From NCBI RefSeq assembly GCF_009914755.1, contig NC_060937.1: a DNA stretch of 64,000 nt; one strand, given 5' to 3'. The position numbers and the translations under genes are program-made. How positions within the stretch are numbered: position 1 is the first letter of the stretch; each line of letters starts with the position of its first letter. Source of the DNA: the human T2T-CHM13v2.0 reference genome, Homo sapiens. Positions 50,676 through 64,000 of the stretch are shown here, in pieces. The notes below the pieces were generated by a model. That model had not been told where the DNA came from, ran no database searches, and saw only the letters and a program-made list of their open reading frames with translations.

Positions 50676-52176
50676 GAATAGCAGAATGTTCTGGTATATT
50701 TCAAAATGGTTTCTTTCCCTTCCTCTGGCTAGAAGCATGAGGGAACTTTTCTCCAATATTCACTGTGAGAACCAAGTGAAGCTCCTGGAGGTAAAAAGTC
50801 ACAAAAATGTGGGGCCTCCATCTCATTGGATCTCCTGGAGCTTTTTAACTCTCAGACTTGTCCATACAGTGCCTTTAGCAATTTGTCAGTAACAGTTCAG
50901 ATATTCCTACCCTGGGATCATTTCCCATGAAGGTTTCATCTTGTGGGTTTCTGTTCTGGCAAGTTGTGATTCGCTGAATTAAGTCTGTTGGTTTCTCCAG
51001 TTGAAGGGAAGCAGTTTGTTCTGTGACCTCAGTTGTCTTGTGGATCTAAGAAGAGTTGTTTTTCAGTTTATTCATCTTTTTTCTTGTTGAAAGAATGGAG
51101 TGGTGACATTCAAGCTTCTTACAAGCCTGACCAGAAGCTGGAAGTGAATTTATTTTCAAAATTTAGTCATCTTGCTGAAGTTTTCATTCTAATGTTTGGC
51201 ATTTCAAATAATACTCTCTTAGTTTCTATAAATGTGAAGAGATAGTAGCCTATGACTCAGAGGTCTGTGAGAATTTGGAAGGAAAAAGCCAGTAAAGTTT
51301 TTTTTGGAATGGATTAACTTTGTCCACAGAAGTAGTGGCAGCTCTCTTAGCAGGCTAATTTTGTGATGTGATTCTGGGAGTTATTTCTAAGATGCAGGGC
51401 TATAATGATTCTGCTTCTTGCATCATGGAAGAAGAGATCAAAAAGGCATTAGGATGTTGACTGTAGTGATTTATCCCGATTATCAGTATGATATAGGACT
51501 GCTGCTTCTTAATGTGGATTGCTAGGGATGTGCCTAAAACCCAGAAGATCTGTAGAGTTACTAGTGTGTGCTGCCATGTCCAGTTATAAAAGCAAATGAG
51601 CAATTATTAGGCAGGATTACCAAAAATTAATAGCCCTCAGAAAAAAAAGTTCGCATCACCTCATAAGTAAGGAATACTGGCTGACTACAGTTCCTCAGGT
51701 TTTAGAATGGCTTTCTATAATTAGATTTTTAAAAATATCATGTGAGAGGGTATTCATATTAATAAATGGATCTAGTACATTAAATATTAATTATATTACA
51801 TGACTTATTTGGTTTTGCTTTTTTGACCTTATTTCATTTTATAATCAATAACCTTATTTCATTTTCTTGTTCCTATTGTATTTTCCTTTCTTTTTCTCCT
51901 TTCCAAACGTCTATTTGCTTCATTAAGTGTTCTTTATTTTCCCTATATCTTTACTAAGTTTTGAAATTGCTAATTCCATTTCTTTTTTAAAGTGGTTGCC
52001 TAGAACATTTTAGTGTATGTAGTTGACTTTACATATTTTTATGGTTTTACCTAATAGGACAAGGACTTTAGCATGCACTTAGTTTTTCCAGGCTTCACAT
52101 TTTGTGGTATTTTTGTATAGTATTTTAGTTCCAAAATGTTAAAAGAAGTATCAGTTTTCTTGGGTTTTAATTTTAA

Positions 52177-52487
<311 letters not shown>

Positions 52488-52509
52488 CAGTTTGTGATTC
52501 TTTACATTC

Positions 52510-53030
52510 CTCTTCTCTCTGTCATGGTGATCATAGAACTATATGTTGAGATGAATTCTGCATCAGCCTGGATTCCTATAAGATTATTATGAGCAGTTTC
52601 CTTTACTGACTCATACTGAAAGGATAATGTTGGTAAGAGACAAATTTTTATTTGGTTACCTCTTGAGATTTGGGGGCTGTTTATTATTGCGTATAACCTT
52701 GTCTATCCATCTGATACTGAAATTAATTACAGAGAGTGTGCTGTTACTGAATCAAAAACTTAAATAAGGCGACATTGTCATAGTAGTTATTGGGTGGCAA
52801 AGAAACTGTTATTGGAGGCTGGAAAGACAAAATAATCTATATTTTGATGATGTGGAACATTTGACAAAACTGTACTTTGGTAATTGTAGCTCTAGGAAAA
52901 GAGGGAGAAAACTGTAGTGTTGGTTCTTTGTGTTGATTGATATTGGCTGCTTTTTCAAGAAATGAGATGTGTTTAAAAATGAATCAGCTAATATATGAGC
53001 AGAAGTGAAGGGGGATTGAGAGTCCGTAAA
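52510..53030 (+). mobile_element. Old MLT1 LTR 3' part plus MaLR internal start
   Basis: 'gagatttgggggctgtttattattgcgtataacct...ctgatac' followed by internal-like 'attggaggctggaaa'. Confidence 0.6.
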
Positions 53031-53039
53031 TTCATGGAT

Positions 53040-53605
53040 TGTTTTTGAATTTTATATAAATGAAATTATACAATGTGTATTTTGTGTCTGGCTTCCTTTG
53101 TTCAACATTATGTTTGAGATTCATTCATCTTGTTCTGTGTAACTGCATTTATTTAGTTTTACTAAAATATATTATTTAATTATATGAATATATCTCAATG
53201 TTTTATCCACTCTACTGTCAATGGATATTTATGTTGTTTTTTAGTTTTGACTACTGTAAATAATGTCATTAAGAACCTTTTTGTACATGTCCCATCTATG
53301 GGACAGTTATCTAGGAATAGAATTACTGGGTCATAGAATGTGTGCATTGTCAATGCCAATCTATTTTCCAAAATGTTTGTATCAGTTCATACTTCCATTG
53401 GCATTGTATGTAATTTCTTCTTACTTCACATCTTTGTCAACATTTACTCTTATCAGCCTTTTAAATATTTTTCCATTTAGTGGATGTGTGATGGCTTAGT
53501 TTGAATTTTCTTGATTAATAATAAAGTTGAATACCTCTTCCCATGTTTATTGGCCTTGAATTATGTCTGCTGTGAAGTACCTGCTCAAGACTTTTGTTTT
53601 CTAGA
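53040..53605 (-). mobile_element. L1ME 3' fragment
   Basis: 'ttttatataaatgaaattataca...gtctggcttcctttgttcaacattatgtttgagattcattcat'. Confidence 0.75.
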
Positions 53606-53614
53606 GTCTTCTTG

Positions 53615-53866
53615 CATTCCTTGGCTTGTGGTCTCACATTATTTTGGCCTCTGCTTCTGTCATCGTATCTCTGGAACTGACCTTCCTGTGTCCCTCTTAT
53701 AAAGCCCCTTGTAATAACAACATTGGCCCACCTGGATAATTCAGGATAATCTACCCATCTCAAGATGTTTAACTTAATTACATTGGTGAAGTTTCTTTTG
53801 CTATAGAAGGTAGAATAGTCACAGATTCTGGGGATATGAACATCTTTGGGGGGCACTATTCAGCTA
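53615..53866 (-). mobile_element. MLT1C/D-like LTR fragment
   Basis: 'cttgcattccttggcttgtgg...cattggcccacctggataattcaggataatct...catctttgggggg'. Confidence 0.8.
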
Positions 53867-54386
53867 TATCCTTTGTGGCTTATTCACCTTGCTATGTGCT
53901 CAAGAAAGCTAGACTCCTGCCAATAATAGTGAATAAAATTAAAAGTCCATTGTCAATAATTAAAATTTTTTTTTCTGTATTATTGTTAAAACTAACATTT
54001 GCTTAAATTGTAGTGCCAAAATATTTTTAATATCTCTCTGAACAATGATGAGTGAGTGATCTTAATTTCTGGACCATCTAGGTCAATAATATTTAAATGG
54101 TAATAGAAATTTTAGTCTGTGTGGAATAATGTGTACTTTTATAGGCTTCTGTTAATTGTTCAAAATGTTCTTGGTGTGGTGCCATTATAATAGTCATTAT
54201 AATTATTTCCTGGGACCTTTAGTACTTTTGTGTCTAAATGTAAAAGAAAGTGATTGACTGCAAATAAATGAGGCTCCACAGTATTATCAATCAATTTTGT
54301 CCTTTCATTCGAGCTTCAAAACTCTACTGCATTTCACATGCTTCCTAATGGCAAAAAAGAGAACTCTCACCTTTTTGGATTAGGAG

Positions 54387-54748
54387 TATGTCTTAATTCA
54401 TTTGGGCTGCTGTAATAAAATACCTTAGATTGGGTAAATAAAAATGGAAATTTACTTCTCACAGTTCTTAAGGGTGTAAAGTCCAAGATGAAGATGCCAG
54501 CAGATTTGGTGTCTGGTGAAGGCTTGCTCTTTGCTTCAAAATGGCACCTCGTTGCTATGTCTTGACATGGCAGAAGGGAGGAACAGTCTCCCTCAAGCCT
54601 TTTTATTAGGGTACTAATGGGAACTCATGAATGTGGAACTTTCAGGATCTGATCACTTCCTAAAGGCCTCAGCTCTTAATACCATCCCTTCAGGGGTTAG
54701 ATTTTAACATATGAATTTTGAAGGAACACAAACATTCAGACCATAGTA
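54387..54748 (+). mobile_element. MLT1A-like solo LTR
   Basis: 'tgtcttaattcatttgggctgctgtaataaaataccttag...gtccaagat...acacaaacattcagaccatag'. Confidence 0.85.
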
Positions 54749-54929
54749 GGGGACAGTGATATTATACAGAACTATTTATAATTTATATTACTAACTTATG
54801 ACCTTTCGCTTAGATATTTGAATATAATTGAAGCTCTAGGAGGATAAACTGCACGTAAATTATCTTTTTGTACCACTTGACATGCCACTGAGCCCCTCAT
54901 GGTCCTTTTACTTGAGATTTGAAGAGGAG

Positions 54930-55070
54930 ACCTGGAAAAAGCATGGGATTTGAATTCAGAAGACCTGAATGCTACTAAATACCAGCTGTATAATCTTGGG
55001 CAAGCCATTTAACCTCATCTGTTAAGTGGGAATGTAGTAACACTTACTTCACAGAGTTCTAGACAATGGA
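54930..55070 (+). mobile_element. MIR fragment
   Basis: 'gacctgaat...agctgtataatcttgggcaagccatttaacctc'. Confidence 0.65.
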
Positions 55071-57119
55071 TATGAAGAAGCTACTCTGTAACTGCAGTGG
55101 CTCTAGGTTTTGTTTACTCAATTTTGTTCCTGAGATTGGAGTCTGATTATGAAGAACCTTTCTAGATTCAATAGATAGATTGGCTTAACATAAAAGGGGA
55201 GTTTATTGGCTCATATGGCATCACTAAAAATTCCAGAAGAGCATATGCTTCAGGAACAGTTTGATCAAGGAGCTGACATGTTATCAGCAGCTGTCTATCT
55301 TCTGCATAGTGTTTTCATTCTACCTTCATATGGTGTCAGTATGACTTTCAGCAACTTTAGACCTGTAGTCACCTATGTTTACTCCAAAGAAAAAGAGAGT
55401 ATCTCTTTCAGGTAGTTTCTGTACAAACCCTAGGATTTACTCTAAATTGGACCAATTTGGATGACATATCCATGCCTGTCTTTGACATGTCCTGACCTGA
55501 TCATGAGGCTAAAGGGACTGCCCCAACTTGAATCACATGATTCATCCCCAGAGCCTGGGTGAGACCCTTGAACCACAAGTACCAGAAGTGGCAAAGGATT
55601 TGGGATATTATAAGCTAAAGAAGTGGGCTGGGCTCTGGATGATACATACTGTCCATTCTAGGGTCACTTATGTTTTTGAGAAGATGTCATTTTATCCTTA
55701 GTTTCCCCTACTCAATAGAGATAGCTTTTATGGAAGAAACTTTGTCCTTTTGTTTTAAAATAATCTTCTCCCTCCCTTTGTTTATCTGAAGCTCATAATT
55801 ATAACATGGTGTATGTCTTTCCTTTCTTTCTGGCAAATTTTTTTTCTCCATCTGTTTTTTATTGAATGATGTATGGGAAAGCCACATTTTCCTAGCTAGG
55901 AAAGCTTGGTAAGCTATTCTCAATGTCTCTATGCATTCTGTTTAACACATTCTTATTTTTAGCTTTCTGGGAAGATTTATACATGTGATTGTAGCCAGTA
56001 TTAGCTTTTTAAACTCTTTCTTAGAAAATTTAAAGCTGCATTTATCCCTGAATACTTTTCCATGGCTACCTAGGATATTGTTCTAAATATGTAAAATTTT
56101 AGCTCATGTAGATGTGGTTTTAAACATTTTATGGACATTAACATGGGTGCATATGTATTTTTCTCTAGCTAAATTCATTTATATTTACTTATTTTGATAC
56201 TAATATTAAATGCAGATAAAGAAAACTTAAATAGCATGTTTTCTTTCCTGAATAAGGCTGAAAACCTATCACAGATAACCTCTTAGGTTTTGAAGTATCA
56301 GTACTACCAGAGAAAAAGAAAAAAACATTCACTTTTAAAGCTTGTACTTTAAAAGTATTATATGGCATACCATTATACTCTACAGTTTCAAGTGATAAAG
56401 CTGAATAATTCAATTTTAGAAGGAAGCACTGGAATCTTTAATCTTTATCACAGTTCATTGTTACTCTTTGTAAACTTCACTGGAAGAGAATAAGATAATC
56501 AGATTGTCACTGGTGTACAGTTTTTCTGTTACATTTTAAAATCCTTATAGAAGAAAGTTTTGGCATTTTGTTTTTGGATAGCTTTGTATTTTGATTTGGT
56601 AGTCTCAGTAATTAATGCTTTTGTGATTACATTAAGTATTTGTGAATAAACGCATGAATAGCTCAACTGACCAAAATCATTTCCTTTTTAATAAAAATGT
56701 AATCTTTTTTTCTTTTTTCCTTCATTGAGTTGCTTTCACTCAGTTGTCTTTTCAAGATCCAAAGTTAATAAAGAAGATCCTTCGGTTCACTTTGCTTTTG
56801 CTACCCTATGCTTGAAAACAGTAATAATTGGGTGGCGTCTTCCTGGATAATTTATTATGTGGATGGGAGATAACACCCCAGATAAAAACCCTCCTCAGTC
56901 CCTGCTTCCACTACTCTGTGAGATCCTTTGGCAGTTTGGTAGGAGAAAACAATTGGAAAGCTTCTCATGAATCCTCCTTACCTAAACCCACTATGTACAA
57001 AAATCAGGTGTTGAAAGGTACTTCTGTACTACTAGATTTTATATATTTTCTTTAAAGCCCAGATCCACCAATTACTATCATGTAGCCTTGTAGAATTCTG
57101 TAATTTTTCTGTCCTAATT

Positions 57120-57505
57120 TTTCTTATCTCCAAAATTGAGATTAAAATAAAACTTTTAGGGCTATGATTGGGATTAAAGGAGTTACATGTATGATATTTA
57201 GAAGAGTGTTTGGTAGATAGTAAGCACTCTGTAAATGTTAATCATTATTATGGAATGGAGTATACCTTGGCAGCTAAGAGCTAAGGCTCTGGAGTCAAAC
57301 TTGCTTTATTTCATACTATTTCTGCCCTTAAGCAAGCTACTTAATTTCCCTAAGCCATAATTCTCTCAATTGTAAAATTGGTATAATAATGGTATCAAAG
57401 TTGAAAGGTCGTTGTGAATTTAAATAAGGTAATATGCACAAGGCTCTTAGAATAATACCTGGCACATGCAATCACTGCACAAATATAACCTATTATTATC
57501 ATTAA
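57120..57505 (+). mobile_element. Two tandem MIR fragments
   Basis: 'ttagaagagtgtttggtagatagtaagcactc' and 'ggctctggagtcaaac...tgtaaaattggtataataat...cttagaataatacctggcaca'. Confidence 0.75.
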
Positions 57506-58354
57506 CAGCATCTGTGTTGTATTATAAACTCCAGAAGAGCACATAGAAGACATTTACTTAATTCAATTGGTGTAGATTCTAAAAGAGAAACTCCTGTGAA
57601 TAAATACCTCCAAATAATTAGATTTAAAATTTGGATTAGTCATGCTTTTCTTTTTTACTTCACCACCCAGTATTATGGTAAGTGGTTGAATACCACTAAC
57701 AAATATAAGTAAACACACGTATACTAAATATGAAACAGTTAAATAACAAAGCCCTGTGTTAGACAGAAGTCTCAACTCCTAGAGGAAATGGATCCAGAGA
57801 CAGTAAATATTTGTTTCAAGAGATAGGAAATAACCATAAAAGAATGGAGGAAAGTGTCAGAGGATTCCCTCAGCACAGACAAGAGTTTATTCACTTAAGA
57901 ATTACTCCTGCAGTAGCATACCCCAGAAGATGTTCACAAACATTCAAAGAGTTTCTATTGGGCAGCCCCAACTACTATAGTTTCTGGGTTGTGCATATTG
58001 GTGCAAAAGTATCTAGAAAGAGAAAAATAAATGTTACTCTAAAAGTGGTAGAAATACATTGATAAACCATGTATAGATGAGGCACTAAACCCTTACTCTG
58101 TTCATTAAACTTTGAGCAACTGCAGACAATAATATTTATTACGTATTACTATTATTTTTTGCAATTGTTGTATCAGCATTGGCATCAGGAAAATGACCTG
58201 CATGGTGTGAATTAGCTTGAAGAAAACAAAACCCCCAAACACCAAAAAGTTAATGCAGGCTGGAACCTGCTGGAATTACCTAAGGAGAACAAGATCAGGA
58301 CCAGGGGAGTAATATGACTCAAGTCATTCATGACCAAAAGCTTCATAATCTCTA

Positions 58355-58550
58355 GTGGGTACTTACTACATCCCAGGTACTGTGCCAAGTGCTTTAGATA
58401 TATTATTTCATTTAATCTTCCCTGCAACCTTTTAGGCACTATTGCTGGCAGTCCCATTTTGTAGTTGAATAATTTTTTCAAGGCTAGGAATGGTAGAGCT
58501 GGGGTGGAAATCCAGGCATTCTGAATCCAGGGTCCATTTTATAACAGTTG
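58355..58550 (-). mobile_element. MIR fragment
   Basis: 'ccaggtactgtgccaagtgctttagatatattatttcatttaatct...cccattttgtag'. Confidence 0.7.
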
Positions 58551-58629
58551 CTACATATTCCATATCATTCCATTATAGAACAGAACTTTACATTATTTTT
58601 TTAAAAAACATTCTGTAGTTATAGTCTTG

Positions 58630-59050
58630 TGCGATGGTTTGAATATTTGTCCCTTCCAAAACACATGCTGAAACTTAATCCCCAATGTGGCAGTATGGAA
58701 AAGCGGGGTCTTTAAGAGACTCGGAGTTCATGAAAAAATTAGTCTATTCATTAATTTAAGTATTAATGGATTAATGAAATAATGGATTAATGAGTTATTA
58801 TGGGAGTGGGACTGGTGGCTTTATAAGAAGAGAAAGAGAGACCTGAGATAGCACACTCAGCCTCCTCACCATGTGATACCTTGCACCACCTTGGAACTGC
58901 AGAGTCTCCACCATCAAGAAGGCCCTACAAGAAGTGACCTCTCAACCTTTGACTTCTCAGCCTCCATAACTGTAAGAAATAAATTCCTTTCTTTATAAAT
59001 TACACAGTTTCAAATATTACATAATAAGCAACAGGCAACACACTAAGACA
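58630..59050 (+). mobile_element. MST (MSTB/C/D-like) solo LTR
   Basis: 'tgcgatggtttgaatatttgtcccttccaaaacacatgctgaaacttaatccccaatg...ctaagaca'. Confidence 0.88.
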
Positions 59051-59169
59051 CTTTGCTTAAGTTGTTAATGAACTACTTCGAATTAACTTTACAATGTAGG
59101 TTAAGTTCCCAGATAAATTCTTCTGTGGTTGTTATAAAGTCCTGAGTTAAAAACATTGATACCCAAGTG

Positions 59170-61860
59170 AAGGGGGAGGACCAGCAGCACTGTCAGCTTG
59201 AGGTTGTGGTCCTGTTTAGGGTAAACAATGGACTGATGAACTAGCTGGGGATTTAACAACGATTTGCCAGGAGTGAAACAGTCATAGGGTATGAGAAGCT
59301 CTCCATATATCCCAGATTGACTAAAGGCTCTGTGCATGTGCAGCAGAGACAGAAATGGGCTCAAGCCCCCCTCCCCACATTCCTGGATGACAAGCCTTAA
59401 GCACGTACATAGAGAGGACTCAAAAGATTTTGGTGGGAAGTAAAAGCTGAGGAAGTCTTGAAAATGGCATGCACTTTGAATCTGTTCTTCAGGCAACACA
59501 TAGATCCATCAGCAGAGTGGAAGCCTTGCTGGCCTGAGGTTTCTGAGCACAACCTGTGAAAAATCTTTGCATGAACACTAAGCTATGTAAATATATCAGT
59601 GATTTCTGGAAAACCAGGCTTGGCCATAAAAGCAAGAAAAAAAAAAAAAGAATGAGCAGAGACGTTATGACTGAGACACATTTTACAGATTTAGTCTAGA
59701 CTAGTTATTAAACAATCAGCAACACAATAAGCCTCAGAGAGTAAATAAAAATCCAGAGTTTCTGCAGTATATTATCTAAAATGTCCATTATTCAACAAAA
59801 AATTACAAGATATGCAAGAAAACAAGTGCGACCTATGCCCAGGAAAAAAACAGTTAATTGAAAATCTCTGGATTTCTCCAGATTTTGCATTTAGCTGAGA
59901 AAGACTTTAAAGCAAGTATGATGACAATATTCAACTATGTAAACAAAATCATGCTTATAGAATGAAATTAATGTATGATGATAATGACTCAATAAACAAA
60001 AAATACGAGGACATAGAAATTATGTTAAAAAACAGAAATCCTGGAGATGAAAAGTACAATAAGTGAAATGAAAATTTTACTAAAGGCATTTAATAGGAGA
60101 CTTAACAAGTCAGAAGGGAGTTAATTAAAGTTATCCAATCTGAAAAACAGAGACAGAAGTAATTGAAGAAAGTGAACAGAGCCTAAGAAAACAATGGGAC
60201 AATATAAAGTATACATACAATGAGAATCCCAGAGAGAGAGGTGATAAAGAGACAGAAATAATATTTCAAAAAACAATAGCTGAAAAAGAAAATGAAAAAT
60301 AAAAAAGGTGGAGAGAATTAATTGTCCACAGAAATGTCTTATAAAAAATACTAAAAAATTTTTTTTGATTTTTATTTTACTTTTCAGCTCCACAATTTCC
60401 TTTATGTAATTAAAGAAAATCTTTTAGTCTGAAAGAAAGTGGCACCAGAGAGTAACCACCAGAGAAATCCACCAGGGAAATGAGAAGTGAATGGTAATTA
60501 TATGGATAAATATAAAAGCTTCTAATAATACTGTATTAATATTTTTACTCATTTCTTTTTTGAACTCCTTCAAAATACATAAGGTTGCACAAAACACTAA
60601 TTATAACACTCTATTGTGGAGTTTACAACATATATAGAGATAATATATATAACAATATTAGCACAAAGGAGTGGAGAGGAAAAGGAGATATATTGGAGCA
60701 AAGATTCTATATTTTACCAGAATTAAGTCAGTATTATTTTGAAGGAAATTATGATAAGTTAAAATGCATTTCGTAATTGCTGGAGTCACCACTAAGAAAA
60801 TAGCTAAAATATAGTAAAAAAAAAAAAGCAGAGGAATTAAAATGGTTATACATACACAAGCACACACATATACATGTATATACATGTCTATATACATCTA
60901 GTGCCTAATTTTGTGAAAGTGTATGTGTGTTTATATATATATGTATAGTGCCTATAAGCTAGGCACTAAATGAACAATGTTGAAAAAAGACACAAGACAT
61001 ATAGAAATCAAATCGAAAAATGCAGGCACAAATCCAAACACAGTAATAATTATATTAAATGTGAATGGACCAAACACATTACTTAAGAAACAAAGATTGT
61101 CAGATTGGATAAAAATACAAGAAACATGCTGTATGTAAGAGACATACTTTGGATTCAAGGACATGAATATGTTGGAAGTAAAAGGAGGAAAAAGATATAT
61201 CATCCATAAAGTAACCATAAGAGAGATGGTTATATTAATGTCAGATAAAACAGAAGTTACAATAAGAAATTTTACTAAAGGCAAGGAAGGACATTGTGTA
61301 GTTATGAAAGGCAAAATACAATCATGAAGGTATAATAATTATAGATGTATATGTAACTAATAACACAGCCATACTTGAAAGAAAGTGTGATAAAATTAAG
61401 ATGAGGAAAAGGTAATTTAAGAATAATAATTGGAGATTTAATTACTGTATTCTCAAAAACTAATGGACCAACTAGACAGAAAATCAGCAAGGTTAAAAAA
61501 AGCTAGAACAACATTATCAAACAGCTCAATCTAACTAATATACATACTGAGTAACTACAGAATACACATTCTTTTCAGGTGCACATATAAAATTCTTCAG
61601 GATAGGCCGTATTCTGGGCCACAAAACAAGGCTCAATTTAAAAACTATTGAAATCATAAGTAGGTTCTCTGACCACTGCGGAATTTGATTACACCTCTGC
61701 AACAACAAAAATCAGAGAAACTTGTACACATATCTCAAAATTAACCTTCTATTTAACCCACGGGTGAAAGAAGAAATAAAAATGGAAATTTAAAAGTATT
61801 TTGAACTGAATGGAAATGAAAATACAACATATCAAAATTTAGTTAAAGCAATGTTTAGAC
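59170..61860 (+). mobile_element. Ancient L1M 5' region through the ORF2 endonuclease start
   Basis: 'aattatattaaatgtgaatggac...agattgtcagattggataaaa', 'gcagaatacacattcttttcag'-like motif at ~61560, 'aaatgaaaatacaacatatcaaaattt'. Confidence 0.75.
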
Positions 61861-63086
61861 CAAGAGGGCTTAGCAAGGTTTATAAAATCTGCAGTTGAAA
61901 TCTGAAAGCTTGCAGCTTGTTCGTGAAGTGTGTGTGGTTTAAACATCAACGACAGGATTTTCTGTTTAAGTCATGACTTTATAATGCTATGAGTGGGTGC
62001 CTGCATTAGGTGTCGTAACATTTAAATAGATTGTCTATGCTAATATCATCCTTTAAAGATAAAAATTTAAGAAACATTTGTGCTTTCCCCAAAATATCCT
62101 TAAACTTCAGTGTTTAATCACAAGTTTCAACAGGCAAAGATTTTAAAAACTATGAGGTACTGAAATAAAACCAGAAATTCTGCAGTATTGATGAGTTATG
62201 ATGAATGTAAGTTTGGCTGGTATATAAGAATTTATAAAATTTTATGTTTTGACAGTTCAATCTGAAGGTAACACACATTTTCAGATGTTGTTTTCAGAAA
62301 AAAATAAATAGAAGAGACTCCTGAATGTTTATTTGATATATTTATTTGGAATCTTTCATAATTCAAATGTTAAGTGCTTAGAAAAAAAATTTATAAATTA
62401 GGAAGTTATCTACAAATTAGACATTGGTCTTGGCCAAATGCCTAGTTTCTGCTTAAATATATTTCTTTTCAGTCAATTTCTTCTTCTATGCATAATTTCA
62501 TCTTTATATAATTGTAATCATGTTACATAAGTGTTAAATAGCTTTCTTCAATTAATTATGATTTTTTTAATGTTATTACATAGACTTCTTAAGCCGTTGT
62601 GTGGAATAGTGGGATAATTATTGAGAGCAGTTTCCATAGTTTACTTAACTATTCCTGTACTACTGATCATTTAGACAATTTTCAGACTTCTACAGATATA
62701 TACATTAGCCTTTGCTGGTATTAACATTATTTCATCAAGTTAAACTTTAGTTAGTGGATACTTTATCATTTTGATACATATTGCCAAACTGTCCACAAGA
62801 TACTATTTTACATTTTACATCAGCTTATTTTGTTGTTTGTTGTTTATGTCCTGTGACTGTTGAATGTTTCTTGTCTTTGCATTTCTCTCATTAATTTGTA
62901 GGTCACTTACATGAATAAACTGTGAAACACTTGGTACAAAAGTGTTTGACAGCCATTGTGTGGAATAGTGAGATAATTATTATCTCACCATTTCATAATC
63001 TGTTCTTTAACAGATAACTTGATTTTGCCAGATAAATTTTCACTTTTTTATCAAGTCAAATCTTTAAATTATTTTTATTTTTCTAG

Positions 63087-63384
<298 letters not shown>

Positions 63385-63824
63385 TTCTGGGTCTTTTTTT
63401 TTTTTTTTTAATATATTTTTTTAATCAACTTTGTGAAAACTCCTTATAAAGGGTTGATAACTATTGTATCCTCTTTTAAGTTTTCTATGTTTTGTTTTGG
63501 AGTTTACTCTATTTTACTGCATGGTGTTGAGTTGAAGAAATAACATTTTTTTCATAAAATTACTCATAAATTATTCCAAGGCCATTTGCTTCATAATTTT
63601 TTCGTCTCTGTGAATTTCTGATAACACTCTTATCATTTGCAAAATTTTTACATGTAATAAAATTTGTTTCTGAGCTATTTATAATTTTTTATTAACATGT
63701 TTGTCTATTCTTGCTCTAGTACAAAAATATTTCTGAAGTCCATTTGAGAAAACAAATGGGTAAAAACAGCAGGGGGACAAAAACCCCTAGGAATTGTGTT
63801 TACTTGACTTTCCACTGATTTTCA

Positions 63825-63900
63825 GTCCATGCCTAGAACAGTGCTCTGCACCTGATAGACACTGAGTAAAGATTAGTTGCTAATTGAATGAATAAAAAAT
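63825..63900 (+). mobile_element. L2 3' terminus
   Basis: 'atgcctagaacagtgc...tgaatgaataaa'. Confidence 0.6.
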
Positions 63901-64000
63901 AAGTTCAGTAGCTGAGACCAACTTAGCATGCTTTTGAAACTTTTAGACTGAATATTATCCTTCAGTGATATTTTCTCAATATTTCTCTCAGTTGATTTCT

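Noticed and set aside
56700-56850. Pyrimidine tract plus CAG followed by a short open frame
   Set aside because: Peptide is unrecognisable and the donor is weak.
58745-58800. Repeated 'taatggattaatg' units
   Set aside because: Known internal feature of MST-type LTRs.

Overview
AT-rich primate (catarrhine, probably human/ape) genomic DNA that looks intergenic or deep-intronic. It is dominated by layered transposon relics: L1s of several ages (L1M to L1PA), about 14 Alus, ERV1 and MaLR solo LTRs, Tigger and hAT MITEs, MIR and L2. The only recognisable gene-derived sequence is a full-length, frameshifted processed RPS12 pseudogene (minus strand, ~46188-46694) inserted into an ancient, nearly end-to-end L1MC element. 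I found no supportable intact protein-coding exon or RNA gene; almost all ORFs in the track are L1/Alu debris or chance ORFs. I do not see a convincing new biological system. The most unusual signals are small rearrangement scars: an inverted templated insertion and a 45-bp duplication in one L1, a direct repeat with fold-back hairpins at ~62.9 kb, a perfect 31-bp palindrome at 29.7 kb, and an orphan 28-bp direct repeat at 17.5/18.0 kb. Repeat subfamily names come from remembered consensus motifs, not from a RepeatMasker run, and boundaries of the old repeats are approximate.
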